A stretch of 63,941 nt of DNA, the filler included. It is 6 parts of 6 records of this genome, joined end to end, with 100 filler letters (N's around TTAATTAATTAA, not from the genome) between each part and the next. Parts side by side here need not be neighbours in the genome. Positions count along the whole stretch, not along the records: positions 50,496 to 58,662 come from SRR31156797_2789; positions 58,763 to 63,941 come from SRR31156797_2792; 4 more parts are not named here. One strand, given 5' to 3'. Every line of letters begins with the position of its first letter. The stretch's first letter is position 1. Below are positions 50,496-60,559 of the stretch, piece by piece. Both the position numbers and the translations under genes were made by a program. Under the pieces are notes generated by a model. That model was not told the origin of the DNA. It was given only the letters and a program-made list of their open reading frames with translations, and did no database searches.

Positions 50496-50551
50496 GAACC
50501 CCCGACCCACTGATTACAAATCAGTTGCTCTGCCATCTGAGCTACGCTGGC
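50496..50551 (-). tRNA. tRNA-Thr(TGT), 3' end cut off by contig edge
   Basis: Reverse complement GCCAGCGTAGCTCAGATGGCAGAGCAACTGATTTGTAATCAGTGGGTCGGGGGTTC. Confidence 0.92.
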
Positions 50552-51090
50552 CAACAGTGCTTTACAAATAAATGATCAGTATAATTTTTAATTTTGAAAA
50601 TCACAAACCCGATTTAGGACGATTTATCGAAATTTTGAGCCAAAACCGAACAAAAAGGAGAACTCTCATGGCAATATCTTAAAAAATCGTCTTCTTTCGC
50701 ACCATTTCGCGTTTTCATGATTTCAAACCCTGTGCTCCATAAATCTTCCACAGTTTGATTCACAATAAGCAGATCCCCGCGAAGTAATCATACAATCCTG
50801 AAAAGCACCCGGTTTTAAAGTTTCAACAGTTCAATTAATGCTCAAGCAGATGGAACATAGGGGCAAAACCGTCAACTGTCAATATGTAATTTTTGTTGGC
50901 CTCACAAAGAGAGGGTCCCTTTCGGTTTTTATGCCACCATACTTTTTGAAAAATTCGGTAATTAAGTGCTTGAACACTTAATTTGTTTATGATAGTTTTC
51001 CTTCCTGTCATAATGTTGTTGGAAGTTAAAAAGCGTTACTTTCCGCATTGTTTTTTTTCAAATTTGAACATCTATTAAGGAGGAATCGAA

Positions 51091-51354
51091 ATGGCAGCTT
51101 TAGGTGGAGGTTTGGTGGCGTTGGTGCTCGGTATTATTGGAATCATTACCTGGTGGGGTTATTTTGCAAAGGCCCTTTTGGCGGCAGTTCCCGCCATGTT
51201 GATTTTAGGTGGCGCCTTGGCCGCTTACCTGGGTTTCGAGGAATTGAAGGACAAGAAAAACACCCCTGAGCCCTTTGATGAAACCAACAATCTCAAGGAT
51301 GAGATCAACACGCTCAAACAAGAACTCAGCGAACTGAAAAAAGAAAAAGAGTAA
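51091..51354 (+). CDS. small two-TM membrane protein with C-terminal coiled coil
   Basis: AAGGAGG RBS; two hydrophobic helices; LKDEINTLKQELSELKKE. Confidence 0.75.
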   Translation: MAALGGGLVALVLGIIGIITWWGYFAKALLAAVPAMLILGGALAAYLGFEELKDKKNTPEPFDETNNLKDEINTLKQELSELKKEKE

Positions 51355-51387
51355 CACCAACGAACGATCAGTGGCATAATGCAGGCG

Positions 51388-51432
51388 AAAAGGGTCCTGG
51401 AATAGGGTATTTAATTCCAGGACCCTTTTTTG
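51388..51432. terminator. bidirectional intrinsic terminator
   Basis: AAAAGGGTCCTGGAAT...ATTCCAGGACCCTTTTTTT between convergent genes. Confidence 0.88.
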
Positions 51433-51434
51433 GC

Positions 51435-51851
51435 TTAAGGAATTTCCAACGCATTAAAGAAATAATTTATTTCAATATCGGCGTTTTCCGGTGAATCAGA
51501 ACCATGCACAACATTTTTTTCAATATCCGTTGCATAATCCCGCCTTATGGTGCCCTCCGCCGCATCTTTGAAATTGGTCGCACCCATGAGTTCCCGATAC
51601 CGAACGATCACATTTTCACCTTCCAATATCATGACAACGCATGGCCCGGATGACATGAAATCGGTAACACTTTCAAAAAAAGGCTTACCCTCATGTACTT
51701 TGTAAAACCCTTTTGCCTGGGCCTTGCTCATTCGAATCATTTTGATGGCACCGATTTTAAGCCCTTCCTTTTCCAGGCGGCCGATAACGTCTCCAATCAG
51801 ATTTCGCGAAACGCCATCCGGTTTTATGATTGATAAAGTCTTCTCCATCAT
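51435..51851 (-). CDS. ndk: nucleoside-diphosphate kinase
   Basis: TLSIIKPDG, GTIR and NVVHGSDS; GGGAGG RBS before MMEKT. Confidence 0.96.
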   Translation of the reverse strand: MMEKTLSIIKPDGVSRNLIGDVIGRLEKEGLKIGAIKMIRMSKAQAKGFYKVHEGKPFFESVTDFMSSGPCVVMILEGENVIVRYRELMGATNFKDAAEGTIRRDYATDIEKNVVHGSDSPENADIEINYFFNALEIP

Positions 51852-52074
51852 CCCAAAATTCCTCCCTTTGCACAATTTGATTGACCCAGTGCTTTCCTTA
51901 TTGGTATAGAGCCTTGCTGGGTTTTGAATCCATCTTTAAGCCCGCCCCGACAAAAGCCATGACTGAACAGCTTCATCACTTAATGGAATCACTCCCGATT
52001 AGAATCAAATGAATGTTGTTAGTCAAGATTTTTATGAACGTGGAAATTTTAATTTCTGAAAGGAAAATCACATA

Positions 52075-52842
52075 ATGAGCACACCGGAAAATACCAAGAC
52101 GAAAGACAAACCGCTTAGAATGGATCCTGACCAGGCTTTCCAATTTAAGTGCGGTTCCGAGGTTCCCTGCTTTACCGATTGCTGCCGGGATATCACCATT
52201 GTACTGACCCCTTACGATGTGGTCCGGCTCAAAAACGCACTGGAAATCTCTTCAGATGAATTTCTGGATCAATACACCATCATTATTCCGCGAGAAAAGC
52301 GACTCATCCCCATGGTTGTTCTCAAAATGAACGAGGACAACGACAAGCGCTGCTCATTTGTCACTAAGGCTGGATGCAGTGTTTACAACGACCGCCCCTG
52401 GCCGTGCCGCATGTATCCGCTGAACATGAACGATGACGGCACCTTCGGCCTCATCGCCGATCCCGCGAAATGCAGGGGCCTGGAACAACCCGAACATGCC
52501 AGAATATCCGATTGGCTCATCGGGCAGGGCGTCCCCATGTATGATGAAATGAACATGCTGTTTTCCCAGGTCACCGCCCCGTTGCAGGCCCAGGAACTGG
52601 ACATTGATAATCCAAAAATTTATCAAATGACATTTATGGCGCTATATAATTTGGATAAATTTAGGGAATTCGTATTCGGAAGTTCATTTCTGGATCGTTT
52701 TGTAATCGATGATATTTCTATTGAAAAATTAAAGAGAAGTGATGTTGAACTTTTGAAATTTGCTTTTGACTGGATTAAATTTGGGATTTTTGGTCAGAAA
52801 ACCCTTCAAGTTAAAGAAGTACCCCAGAAGAATGAAGGCTAA
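52075..52842 (+). CDS. YkgJ-family cysteine-cluster protein
   Basis: FKC...CFTDCC, LTPYD, CSF....CSVYNDRPWPCRMYP and CRG motifs. Confidence 0.88.
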   Translation: MSTPENTKTKDKPLRMDPDQAFQFKCGSEVPCFTDCCRDITIVLTPYDVVRLKNALEISSDEFLDQYTIIIPREKRLIPMVVLKMNEDNDKRCSFVTKAGCSVYNDRPWPCRMYPLNMNDDGTFGLIADPAKCRGLEQPEHARISDWLIGQGVPMYDEMNMLFSQVTAPLQAQELDIDNPKIYQMTFMALYNLDKFREFVFGSSFLDRFVIDDISIEKLKRSDVELLKFAFDWIKFGIFGQKTLQVKEVPQKNEG

Positions 52843-52875
52843 CTCTCAAATTCAAAGGGATAAGATAAACAAACC

Positions 52876-53640
52876 ATGACCTCTCATGAAAAATCCAATA
52901 TCTTCAAGCCTTTCTCTGATGAAATCCCCTTTCAATTTGAATGCCATATGGGGATTTCATGCTTCACCGAATGTTGCGCCAGGCTTCAGCTCCTCTTGAC
53001 GCCCTATGATATCCTTCGCATGAAAAATCGATTAAACATTTCTTCCAATCAATTCCTGGACCAGTACACGGAAACCCTTTTTGATCATCACCCTCGATTC
53101 CCCATGGTCAAACTGAGCATGAGAAAGGACGAAGGGCATCGATGCCCCTTTGTAACCGAAAAAGGGTGTACCATCTATGAAGACAGACCGGAAGCCTGCC
53201 GACTTTATCCAGTGGGCAGGGCCTCGGCACTGGTGGACCGGGAAGCGGAGACAAGGGAAAAATATTTTATTGTGGATGAATCCCACTGCCGGGGTTTTCA
53301 GGAAAAAAAGGAGTGGACCCTTCAGAAATGGTTGAACCACGAAGGGGTGAAAGAATACAAGGCCATGAACGGCCGGTGGTTGGGCATCATGACCTCATCC
53401 AAGAGCCTGGGCCCTAAGGCCCATCTCGCTCAAAAGCACCAGATGTTTTTCATGGCTTCCTACAATCTGGACAAGTTCAGGCAGTTTCTCTTCCATAGCA
53501 AATTTTTTGGTCATTTTCAGGTGGATGAAGAATTAAAAAACAGAATGGAAACAGATGATGTGGCGCTCATGGGTTTCGCTTTTGACTGGCTTAGGTTCAG
53601 CCTTTTTGGAGATAAAACGCTGCAGGTGAAACAATCGTAA
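52876..53640 (+). CDS. YkgJ-family cysteine-cluster protein (tandem paralog)
   Basis: FEC...CFTECC, LTPYD, CPF....CTIYEDRPEACRLYP and CRG motifs. Confidence 0.88.
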   Translation: MTSHEKSNIFKPFSDEIPFQFECHMGISCFTECCARLQLLLTPYDILRMKNRLNISSNQFLDQYTETLFDHHPRFPMVKLSMRKDEGHRCPFVTEKGCTIYEDRPEACRLYPVGRASALVDREAETREKYFIVDESHCRGFQEKKEWTLQKWLNHEGVKEYKAMNGRWLGIMTSSKSLGPKAHLAQKHQMFFMASYNLDKFRQFLFHSKFFGHFQVDEELKNRMETDDVALMGFAFDWLRFSLFGDKTLQVKQS

Positions 53641-53707
53641 ACAAGGGGATATACCTCTGGTTTCCAGGCATATCCCCCCATTTGAGACGTTCCGTCTGAG
53701 TACTGTT

Positions 53708-54631
53708 TCAGCTTCTCAAAAAGGTTTTCACAAAATCCTTCCAACTCTTGCCGCCAATGGCTTCAAAAACATCGTCCACTGAAGCACCGCCGTCCGCGGC
53801 CATTTTGAATTCTTCATCGGCCATGGCCCAGAGGCGCTCGGCTTCGTCACCCATGAACTTTTCCGCCTCTTCTCCGAAATAGAGGCCCTTGAGGTTTTTT
53901 CGCATTTTTGTGGGTTCAATGATGAACAGCCAACCCTCTTCATAAGGAGATTCATTGACCAATTCCGGATTGCCAATAATTCGATTATTGACCCGTGCCA
54001 CGATACCGTCAACCGGGGATAAAACCCGTGCGACTTCATTGTTCCGCCTCACATCGAACCCCCCTACCCCCTGTTTGACTTCACGGCCGATTTCGGGAAG
54101 ATCAATGCTGCCCGGTTTTCCCAGCATTTTCCGTGCTAAATCGTCAATGCCCACCCTGATCTGGCCACCGTATTCCGGTTTGGCCCAGGTATGACCCTCG
54201 TGGTAATAGACATCTTCGGCCACCTGAAACCCTTCCACCTCTTTTACGGCGTTAACCGGCAACACCTCGCTCTCCAGACGGGCCTGCATCATCTGATCGA
54301 AGGAACAGTTCCCGCATTCATAGACATTGGGGCAGATCTTCCGCCCAACTTCTCCGGTAATCATGTATCGACATTTTCGCTGTGAGGCCGGCAGTTTCAT
54401 CATCCGTTCCACCCAGCTTTCGGTGAATTTGTCGGGTTTCACGACCACACTTAATGCCGCTGCCTTTTCTTTCTCTTTGGCAACCTTGAGCTGCATGCCC
54501 TGGTCATACACGCATGTGGGGCAATCGTAATTATTATCACAGAGTTTATAAGACACCACTCCGGCTTCCATCCATACACATTTCTTTTTTCCCGGCGGTA
54601 CAATTTTCATGGACTCTCTTTTGGCTCCCAT
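53708..54631 (-). CDS. GcvH-fold protein lacking the lipoyl lysine, with two N-terminal Cys4 repeats
   Basis: YYHEGHTWA, RVGIDD, SPVDG.V..VN and VNESPYEEGWL H-protein motifs; AAGGAGG RBS before ATG 54631. Confidence 0.85.
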   Translation of the reverse strand: MGAKRESMKIVPPGKKKCVWMEAGVVSYKLCDNNYDCPTCVYDQGMQLKVAKEKEKAAALSVVVKPDKFTESWVERMMKLPASQRKCRYMITGEVGRKICPNVYECGNCSFDQMMQARLESEVLPVNAVKEVEGFQVAEDVYYHEGHTWAKPEYGGQIRVGIDDLARKMLGKPGSIDLPEIGREVKQGVGGFDVRRNNEVARVLSPVDGIVARVNNRIIGNPELVNESPYEEGWLFIIEPTKMRKNLKGLYFGEEAEKFMGDEAERLWAMADEEFKMAADGGASVDDVFEAIGGKSWKDFVKTFLRS

Positions 54632-54710
54632 TATCTCCTCCTTCGTTAAATTGATGTGGTCAAACTTTATATTCAAATACTGTCATTATTTCCGTTTGAC
54701 CATTTTACCA

Positions 54711-54726
54711 TGCAATGGTGGTGCCA
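54711..54726 (-). promoter_or_regulatory. sigma54 (-24/-12) promoter
   Basis: TGGCAC-CACCA-TTGCA, exact consensus spacing, 80 nt upstream of the GcvH-like start. Confidence 0.85.
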
Positions 54727-54828
54727 TTTCGAGCATATCGCATCATAGAAAAATATAAATACTTGTTTTTAATAAGTTATATTCTTAAAACCATAACAAT
54801 GATGGTACAGTTGACGCCAAGAAGATTT

Positions 54829-54947
54829 CGTCTATATTTTAGACACATCTCAATGAATCGTAAAAAAATAAAATATGTAAATAATTGATTTTATTGTTTT
54901 AGAGATACAATCGACGTGATATTCGGCATATGCCGAAATATACGACA
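54829..54947. promoter_or_regulatory. candidate enhancer sites and IHF site for the sigma54 promoter
   Basis: 17-bp imperfect palindromes at 54829-54845, 54912-54928 and 54931-54947 (TGYCK-N7-MGNCR-like); AATCAATTATTTA (WATCAA-N4-TTR) on the minus strand at 54878-54890. Confidence 0.55.
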
Positions 54948-54948
54948 G

Positions 54949-55509
54949 TTAAATTCCGGAAAGTCCCGAGCACCTATCCCGGTTCCATCTAAAAAGCTCC
55001 CGGCAGGTATGACAGAATTCCGATTTCTTGAAATCCGTATCTTCTATACGGGTGGAGGAGAACATGACGCATCGGCGGTCACGGCAATGAATCAACCCCA
55101 TACTGTGGCCCAGCTCGTGGACGGCGGTCTTCTCCACCCGATCCAGAAGGAGCTTTTGATTTTCTGGCTCCTGATAATAAAGGGGATCCAGCCGCCGGGT
55201 GGAAATAACCGCGCACCGGCCGGACATTTGAGCCGCTCCGAAAACAAAGGTAAGGATGGGGACATACAGATCCACCCGGGTCACCCCTATGATTTTGAAG
55301 GTCCCACGGGGGCAACAGGCCCCCAGACGCTTCAGAACCCGTTTTGAGCTGTATTGGCAACGTTTTTCATCATAGGCATAGGAAGGATCATTCATGGCCG
55401 GCAGGACTTTCACGGCCATTTTCGACCTTGTCTCAAGGCTTGTAACAACACAATCAAGGATTTCTTCATGAACAGAACCTAAAGGGCAGACATAGATGCA
55501 TTCGGACAC
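54949..55509 (-). CDS. archaemetzincin (M54) zinc metalloprotease
   Basis: R.QY, DLYVP.LTFVFG and HELGHSMGLIHC....CVM...D.K...FC..C motifs. Confidence 0.92.
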   Translation of the reverse strand: MSECIYVCPLGSVHEEILDCVVTSLETRSKMAVKVLPAMNDPSYAYDEKRCQYSSKRVLKRLGACCPRGTFKIIGVTRVDLYVPILTFVFGAAQMSGRCAVISTRRLDPLYYQEPENQKLLLDRVEKTAVHELGHSMGLIHCRDRRCVMFSSTRIEDTDFKKSEFCHTCRELFRWNRDRCSGLSGI

Positions 55510-55515
55510 GATGAA

Positions 55516-56865
55516 TCAGGACTCCCCTTTTTTGATGGCGTACTTATTCATCTTGTTATAGAGGGTCTGGCGGTCAATATCCAACTCCCGGGCGGCCTTG
55601 CTGATATTCCACTTTGTTTGGTCCAGTATCATTTTGATGTGGGCCTTTTCCATCATCTTAAGGGATTTCGGGGAATCCGGAGTGCTCATATCCCTGGGGG
55701 AGAAGGGGAGATCGTCGCTCACAATCTCTTTTCCGGACCCGATGACCAGGGCTCTTTCAATAATGTTTTCCAACTCCCGAACATTTCCGGGCCAATGATA
55801 ATCCATCAATTGTCGCAGTGCCGCGGAACGGATCTTCACGATCTCTTTGTTCATTTCCATGCACTGTTGTTTGATAAAGGCATTGGCCAACAACGGAATA
55901 TCTTCCTTCCGCTCGCGAAGGGGTGGTACGTGAATGGAAATAACGTTTAGACGATAGAAAAGATCCTCCCGAAAATCTCCCTTTGCAATTGAAGCTTTTA
56001 AATCCCGGTTGGTGGCCGCCAGTATGCGAACATCCACGTCGATTGCGCTTTCACTACCCAACCGGGTAATCTCCTTCTGCTGCAGAACCCTCAGAAGATC
56101 CACCTGGGTTTTCAAGCTGATATCGCCGATTTCATCCAAAAGGATCGTCCCGCCCTGGGCCATCTCAAAGCGTCCTCTTTTGGTGTGATCAGCCCCTGTG
56201 AAAGCGCCTTTTTCATAGCCGAAAAGTTCGCTTTCCAAAAGGGAATCCGGCAGAGAACCGCAGTTTATGGCAACAAAGGGCATAAAACAGCGGCCGCTGT
56301 TTCCATGAAGGGCCTGGGCAATCAACTCTTTTCCGGTGCCGCTCTCCCCCGTGATCAGAACCGTTGAATCCGATGGCGCCACACGGTCAATCAAATCAAA
56401 AATCTCCTGCATGGCCCGGCTTTTGCCGATGATTTCATCATACTGGGTTTGCTCTTCCAGCCTTTTACGCAACATGATATTTTCGAGGCGCATCTCCCTG
56501 TGGGCCATGATTTTTTTGATCTGGAGTTCCACCTCATCCGGATCGAAGGGTTTTACCAGATAATCGAAAGCGCCTTCCTTCATGGCCCTGACCGCCGTAT
56601 CCACCGAGGCATAGGCGGTCATCATGAGCACTTCCGAGTCAGGGCAGATTTCTTTGATACGCCGCATGGTTTCAAGACCGTCTATCCCCGGCATTTTCAA
56701 ATCAAGAAGGATCACATCGTATTCAGATGCTTCCACCATGGCAATGGCATTTTTCCCATCAATGGCCAGCGCCACACTGTAACCATCTTCCAAAAGCCAG
56801 TCCTTGAGTGATTCACGTATGGCGGCCTCATCATCCACAACAAGAATGCTGGGCATCTTTGTCAT
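55516..56865 (-). CDS. sigma54-dependent response regulator (REC-AAA+-Fis)
   Basis: VVDDE/LLDLKMP receiver; GESGTGKE, GAFTGA and WPGNVREL motifs; Fis HTH. Confidence 0.96.
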   Translation of the reverse strand: MTKMPSILVVDDEAAIRESLKDWLLEDGYSVALAIDGKNAIAMVEASEYDVILLDLKMPGIDGLETMRRIKEICPDSEVLMMTAYASVDTAVRAMKEGAFDYLVKPFDPDEVELQIKKIMAHREMRLENIMLRKRLEEQTQYDEIIGKSRAMQEIFDLIDRVAPSDSTVLITGESGTGKELIAQALHGNSGRCFMPFVAINCGSLPDSLLESELFGYEKGAFTGADHTKRGRFEMAQGGTILLDEIGDISLKTQVDLLRVLQQKEITRLGSESAIDVDVRILAATNRDLKASIAKGDFREDLFYRLNVISIHVPPLRERKEDIPLLANAFIKQQCMEMNKEIVKIRSAALRQLMDYHWPGNVRELENIIERALVIGSGKEIVSDDLPFSPRDMSTPDSPKSLKMMEKAHIKMILDQTKWNISKAARELDIDRQTLYNKMNKYAIKKGES

Positions 56866-58662
56866 TGCATGCTCCTTTCAGATAGCGAATTACCAGCAGC
56901 TAAAGGCAGACGGATGGTAAAGGTGGTTCCTTCTCCCGGTTCACTTTCCACTTCGATGGTCCCGCGGTGCCGCGTCACGATTCCGTATACCACGGAGAGA
57001 CCCAGGCCAACGCCCTTCCCTTCCTCCTTGGTGGTAAAAAACGGTTCGAAAATACTCTTTAAGTGCGTTTTTGGAATGCCGCACCCCGTATCGGAAATCT
57101 TGATTTCCATTGTCCGCCCCACTGTTGAAGATTTGGCCGCCATGGTCAAGACACCCCCCTCGGCCATGGCTTCCGACGCGTTTCCAATAACGTTTAACAG
57201 GGCCTGTTGGATCTGTTTGAAATCGCATTGAACCTGGGGAAGATGCGAACTCATGTGTTTGACGACCTGAACGCCTCTCATCTCCAGATCATGGGATAAT
57301 AAGGTCAGGGTCCGATCCACAATCTCTTTGATGTTCCTGCTTTCAATATTTATTTTGGACTGGCGGGAAAACGCCAGAAGATTCTTCACGATTTCCCCGC
57401 ACCGCGCCGTCTCGGACGCCATTATATCAAGGTATCGCGCAATATCGTCTTTTCTTTCCGGCGTAAGGCGCCCGTTCCGATTCTGCTTGATCATGAGACG
57501 GTTATAGGTCAGCACCGCCGCCAGGGGATTGTTGATCTCATGGGCGATGGTGGCGGATAATTTACCCAGAGATGCCAGCTTTTCCTGGGCAATGACCTGC
57601 TCTTGAGCCTCCTTGAGCTCCTGGTATGCGTTTTTCAGATTTTCATAAAGACCCGCTTTTTCAATGGCCACCCCGATCTGGTTCCCGATGGCCGACAGGA
57701 ACTCCAGGTAGTCATTGGAAAGATCAAGAGTGGATTGACTGGAAATAACCATGGCACCCACCGGCTCACCCTTTGAAACCAGCGGCACATAAATGGCGGA
57801 CTGAATCCCTTCCTCTGCAAAGAGATCGGCACAGGGATCATCCAGATTCGACGGATCAGTCACCACCTTTGTTTCCGACGTGAGCAGACTCTTCCCCAGA
57901 TAGCCCTGCCCCAATTCACGGGTTTTGATGCGCCCATTTTCCACAAATCGCGAAGACAGACCTCTGCTGGCCAAAAGCTCCAGCGTCTGCTTTTTTTTAT
58001 TGAGGCGATAAATTCTGACACTTACGGACTCAAGAAGCCCCAGAATTTTTTCAACGGTGTTGCTGACAATTTCATTAAGATCCAAGCTGCTGCCGATGGC
58101 CATGGATGTGGCATTCAGCGTGGCCAGCCATTTATTGCGCCATTCGATCTGCTCCTGTGCCCTTTTGTTTCTGGAAACATCCCGAATGATGAAGACGTAT
58201 CCGGTAATCTGGCCCACCACATCCAGGGTAACATTGGCTGTCAAAAGCCCATAGAAAACGGAACCGTCTTTTCGCAGCAGCGGCGCTTCAAAACCGGTCA
58301 AAAAGCCGTATTTAAACAGCTTCTTCTGAAACCGGTAAAGGTCGTCGTCATGTTTGAAAAATTCCGTTACCGAGTTTATTTTCAGCAATTCCTCCCTTTT
58401 TGAAAACCCCAGGATACCGATACCGGCCTGATTCACTTCCAGGACGGCTCCTTTCGGATCCGTGAGCATGATGGCATCGCCGGAGCGCTCGAAAATGGTC
58501 CGGTATTTCTCCTCCGATTGCCGCAATTTGTTCAATCTTTCCGATATGACTTGTTCAAGATTACCCGTCAACTGAGACAATTCTTTGAGCAGCTTCTGGC
58601 TTTCGGTAATTTCCACGGCCGTTTCCAATACGTAGGTAATTCTGTCACGAGCGTCCTTCACC
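56862..58662 (-). CDS. PAS-GAF sensor histidine kinase, 5' truncated
   Basis: EKLASLGKL...AHEINNPL, N box, DTGCGI, FEPFFTTK and GLGL; overlaps the regulator start by 4 nt. Confidence 0.95.
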
Positions 58663-58762
58663 NNNNNNNNNNNNNNNNNNNNNNNNNNNNNNNNNNNNNN
58701 NNNNNNTTAATTAATTAANNNNNNNNNNNNNNNNNNNNNNNNNNNNNNNNNNNNNNNNNNNN
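58663..58762. other. artificial contig spacer
   Basis: N-run + TTAATTAATTAA + N-run. Confidence 0.99.
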
Positions 58763-60472
58763 CAAATGGTGCCGACCAACCCGAATTTCGATTTTTACAT
58801 CACGTTTACCGATTCCAGGGCATTCCCCAAGTTCTCCTTTTACGACGTTCTATACGACAAGGTCGAACCGGCCGTCTTTAAGGACAAAATTGTTCTCATC
58901 GGCGTTTCCGCCACCGGCGTCGACATACCCCAGGTCACTCCCCTGGACAAACATATGTCCTCGTCCATGTTCATGGCCAACTCGATCCAGAATCTCATGC
59001 AGGGCGGCTTTATTACCCGCAGCGGCATGATGGACATGGTTGAGCTGCTTGTTCTTATCGTAATCGGTATCTTCCTGTCCCTGGTCCTGCCCCGGCTCAA
59101 GGCCCGAGCAGGCGCTTTTGCTTCGGCCATACTTCTGGCTCTGATAATCGGCGTCGGAACATACCTTTTCATCGGCCCGGGCGTCTGGCTGAAAATAACA
59201 TACCCCATTCTGCTGACGCTTCTCGGATACGCAGCCGTTACCACGACGCGCTACTTTGTCACCGAAAAAGGACGCGACAAGGCCGAAGGAGAATCCGCGG
59301 AAGTCAACCGCATGCTCGGGTTGAGCTTTCAGAACCAGGGCCAGCTTGACATGGCTTTTGATAAATTTCGCCGCGTGCCCATAGACGAAAGCATGAAAGA
59401 CATTCTCTACAACCTGGCTCTCGACTATGAGCGCAAACGAATGTTCAATAAAGCCGTCTCGGTCTATGAATATATCGCCGAGCACGACGAAAAATATAAG
59501 GACATCAACGAAAAAATCAAGAAGCTCAATGTGGCCTCCGAAACCATGATTTTCGGTCTGGGAACGGGCGCCACGCATGCGGAGGACGGAACCTTGCTTA
59601 TAGACGGCAACACAAGGCCGACCCTTGGCAGGTATGAAATTACCAAAGAACTCGGCAAAGGGGCGATGGGCATTGTCTACATGGGGCGGGATCCAAAAAT
59701 CAACCGGGAAACTGCCATAAAAACCATACGTTTCACTGATGAATACGAAGAAGACGAAGCCCAGAAAATTCAGGAGCAATTTTTTCGCGAAGCCGAAACC
59801 GCCGGTATGCTCTCTCACCCGAATATCGTCACCATCTACGATGCCGGAGAAGACCACGACTTATCTTACATCGCCATGGAATTTCTGGACGGTCACGACT
59901 TGAAGGAACATTCGACGCCGGAAGCCCTGCTGCCCTTAAGGGATGTCATCCAGCACGTGGCTGATGTGGCCGACGCTCTCGGATACGCTCATTCAAAAGG
60001 AGTCGTGCACAGGGATATCAAACCGGCCAATATAATGCTTCTCAAAAGCGGAGTGGCCAAGGTCACCGACTTCGGCATCGCCCGGGCCATGGCTTCCAGT
60101 AAAACCAAGACCGGCGTGGTCAAGGGCACTCCCTTCTACATGTCGCCTGAGCAGATCACGGGAAAAAAAGTGGACGGCCGAACAGACATCTTTTCTCTCG
60201 GCGTCGTTCTGTACGAACTACTGACCGGGGTTCAGCCTTTCAGGGCTGATGACTTGACAGCCCTGATTTACAAAATAACAAGCGAAGAAACCGAATCGCC
60301 GACGGACCACAATCCCAAGGTTCCCAAGGCTGTTTGCCAGATAATCGAAAAGGCGTTAAGAAAAGATCGCGACAAACGTTATCAAAAAGCCGAGCAAATG
60401 GCCGAACACCTGAGAATCGTGGGCCGAAAGATGGATGAAATCGCGGCCCGCAAACAACAAAACAATTCGTAA
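58763..60472 (+). CDS. CHASE2-3TM-TPR-Hanks-type Ser/Thr kinase, 5' truncated
   Basis: FKDKIVLIG...D...TP CHASE2 end; three TM helices; GKGAMGIVY, HRDIKPAN, DFG and YMSPEQ motifs. Confidence 0.92.
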   Translation, partial: QMVPTNPNFDFYITFTDSRAFPKFSFYDVLYDKVEPAVFKDKIVLIGVSATGVDIPQVTPLDKHMSSSMFMANSIQNLMQGGFITRSGMMDMVELLVLIVIGIFLSLVLPRLKARAGAFASAILLALIIGVGTYLFIGPGVWLKITYPILLTLLGYAAVTTTRYFVTEKGRDKAEGESAEVNRMLGLSFQNQGQLDMAFDKFRRVPIDESMKDILYNLALDYERKRMFNKAVSVYEYIAEHDEKYKDINEKIKKLNVASETMIFGLGTGATHAEDGTLLIDGNTRPTLGRYEITKELGKGAMGIVYMGRDPKINRETAIKTIRFTDEYEEDEAQKIQEQFFREAETAGMLSHPNIVTIYDAGEDHDLSYIAMEFLDGHDLKEHSTPEALLPLRDVIQHVADVADALGYAHSKGVVHRDIKPANIMLLKSGVAKVTDFGIARAMASSKTKTGVVKGTPFYMSPEQITGKKVDGRTDIFSLGVVLYELLTGVQPFRADDLTALIYKITSEETESPTDHNPKVPKAVCQIIEKALRKDRDKRYQKAEQMAEHLRIVGRKMDEIAARKQQNNS

Positions 60473-60559
60473 TTTATACTCTCCGGACGCCGGGCAGTGC
60501 GGCCCGACCGCCTTGTTCGGCGTCCGCTGATCTTTTGGTTCGCTTGGGAGAATATTTAT

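Noticed and set aside
53708-54631. Annotation as canonical gcvH
   Set aside because: No lipoyl Lys, over twice the normal length, and no gcvT/P/L nearby
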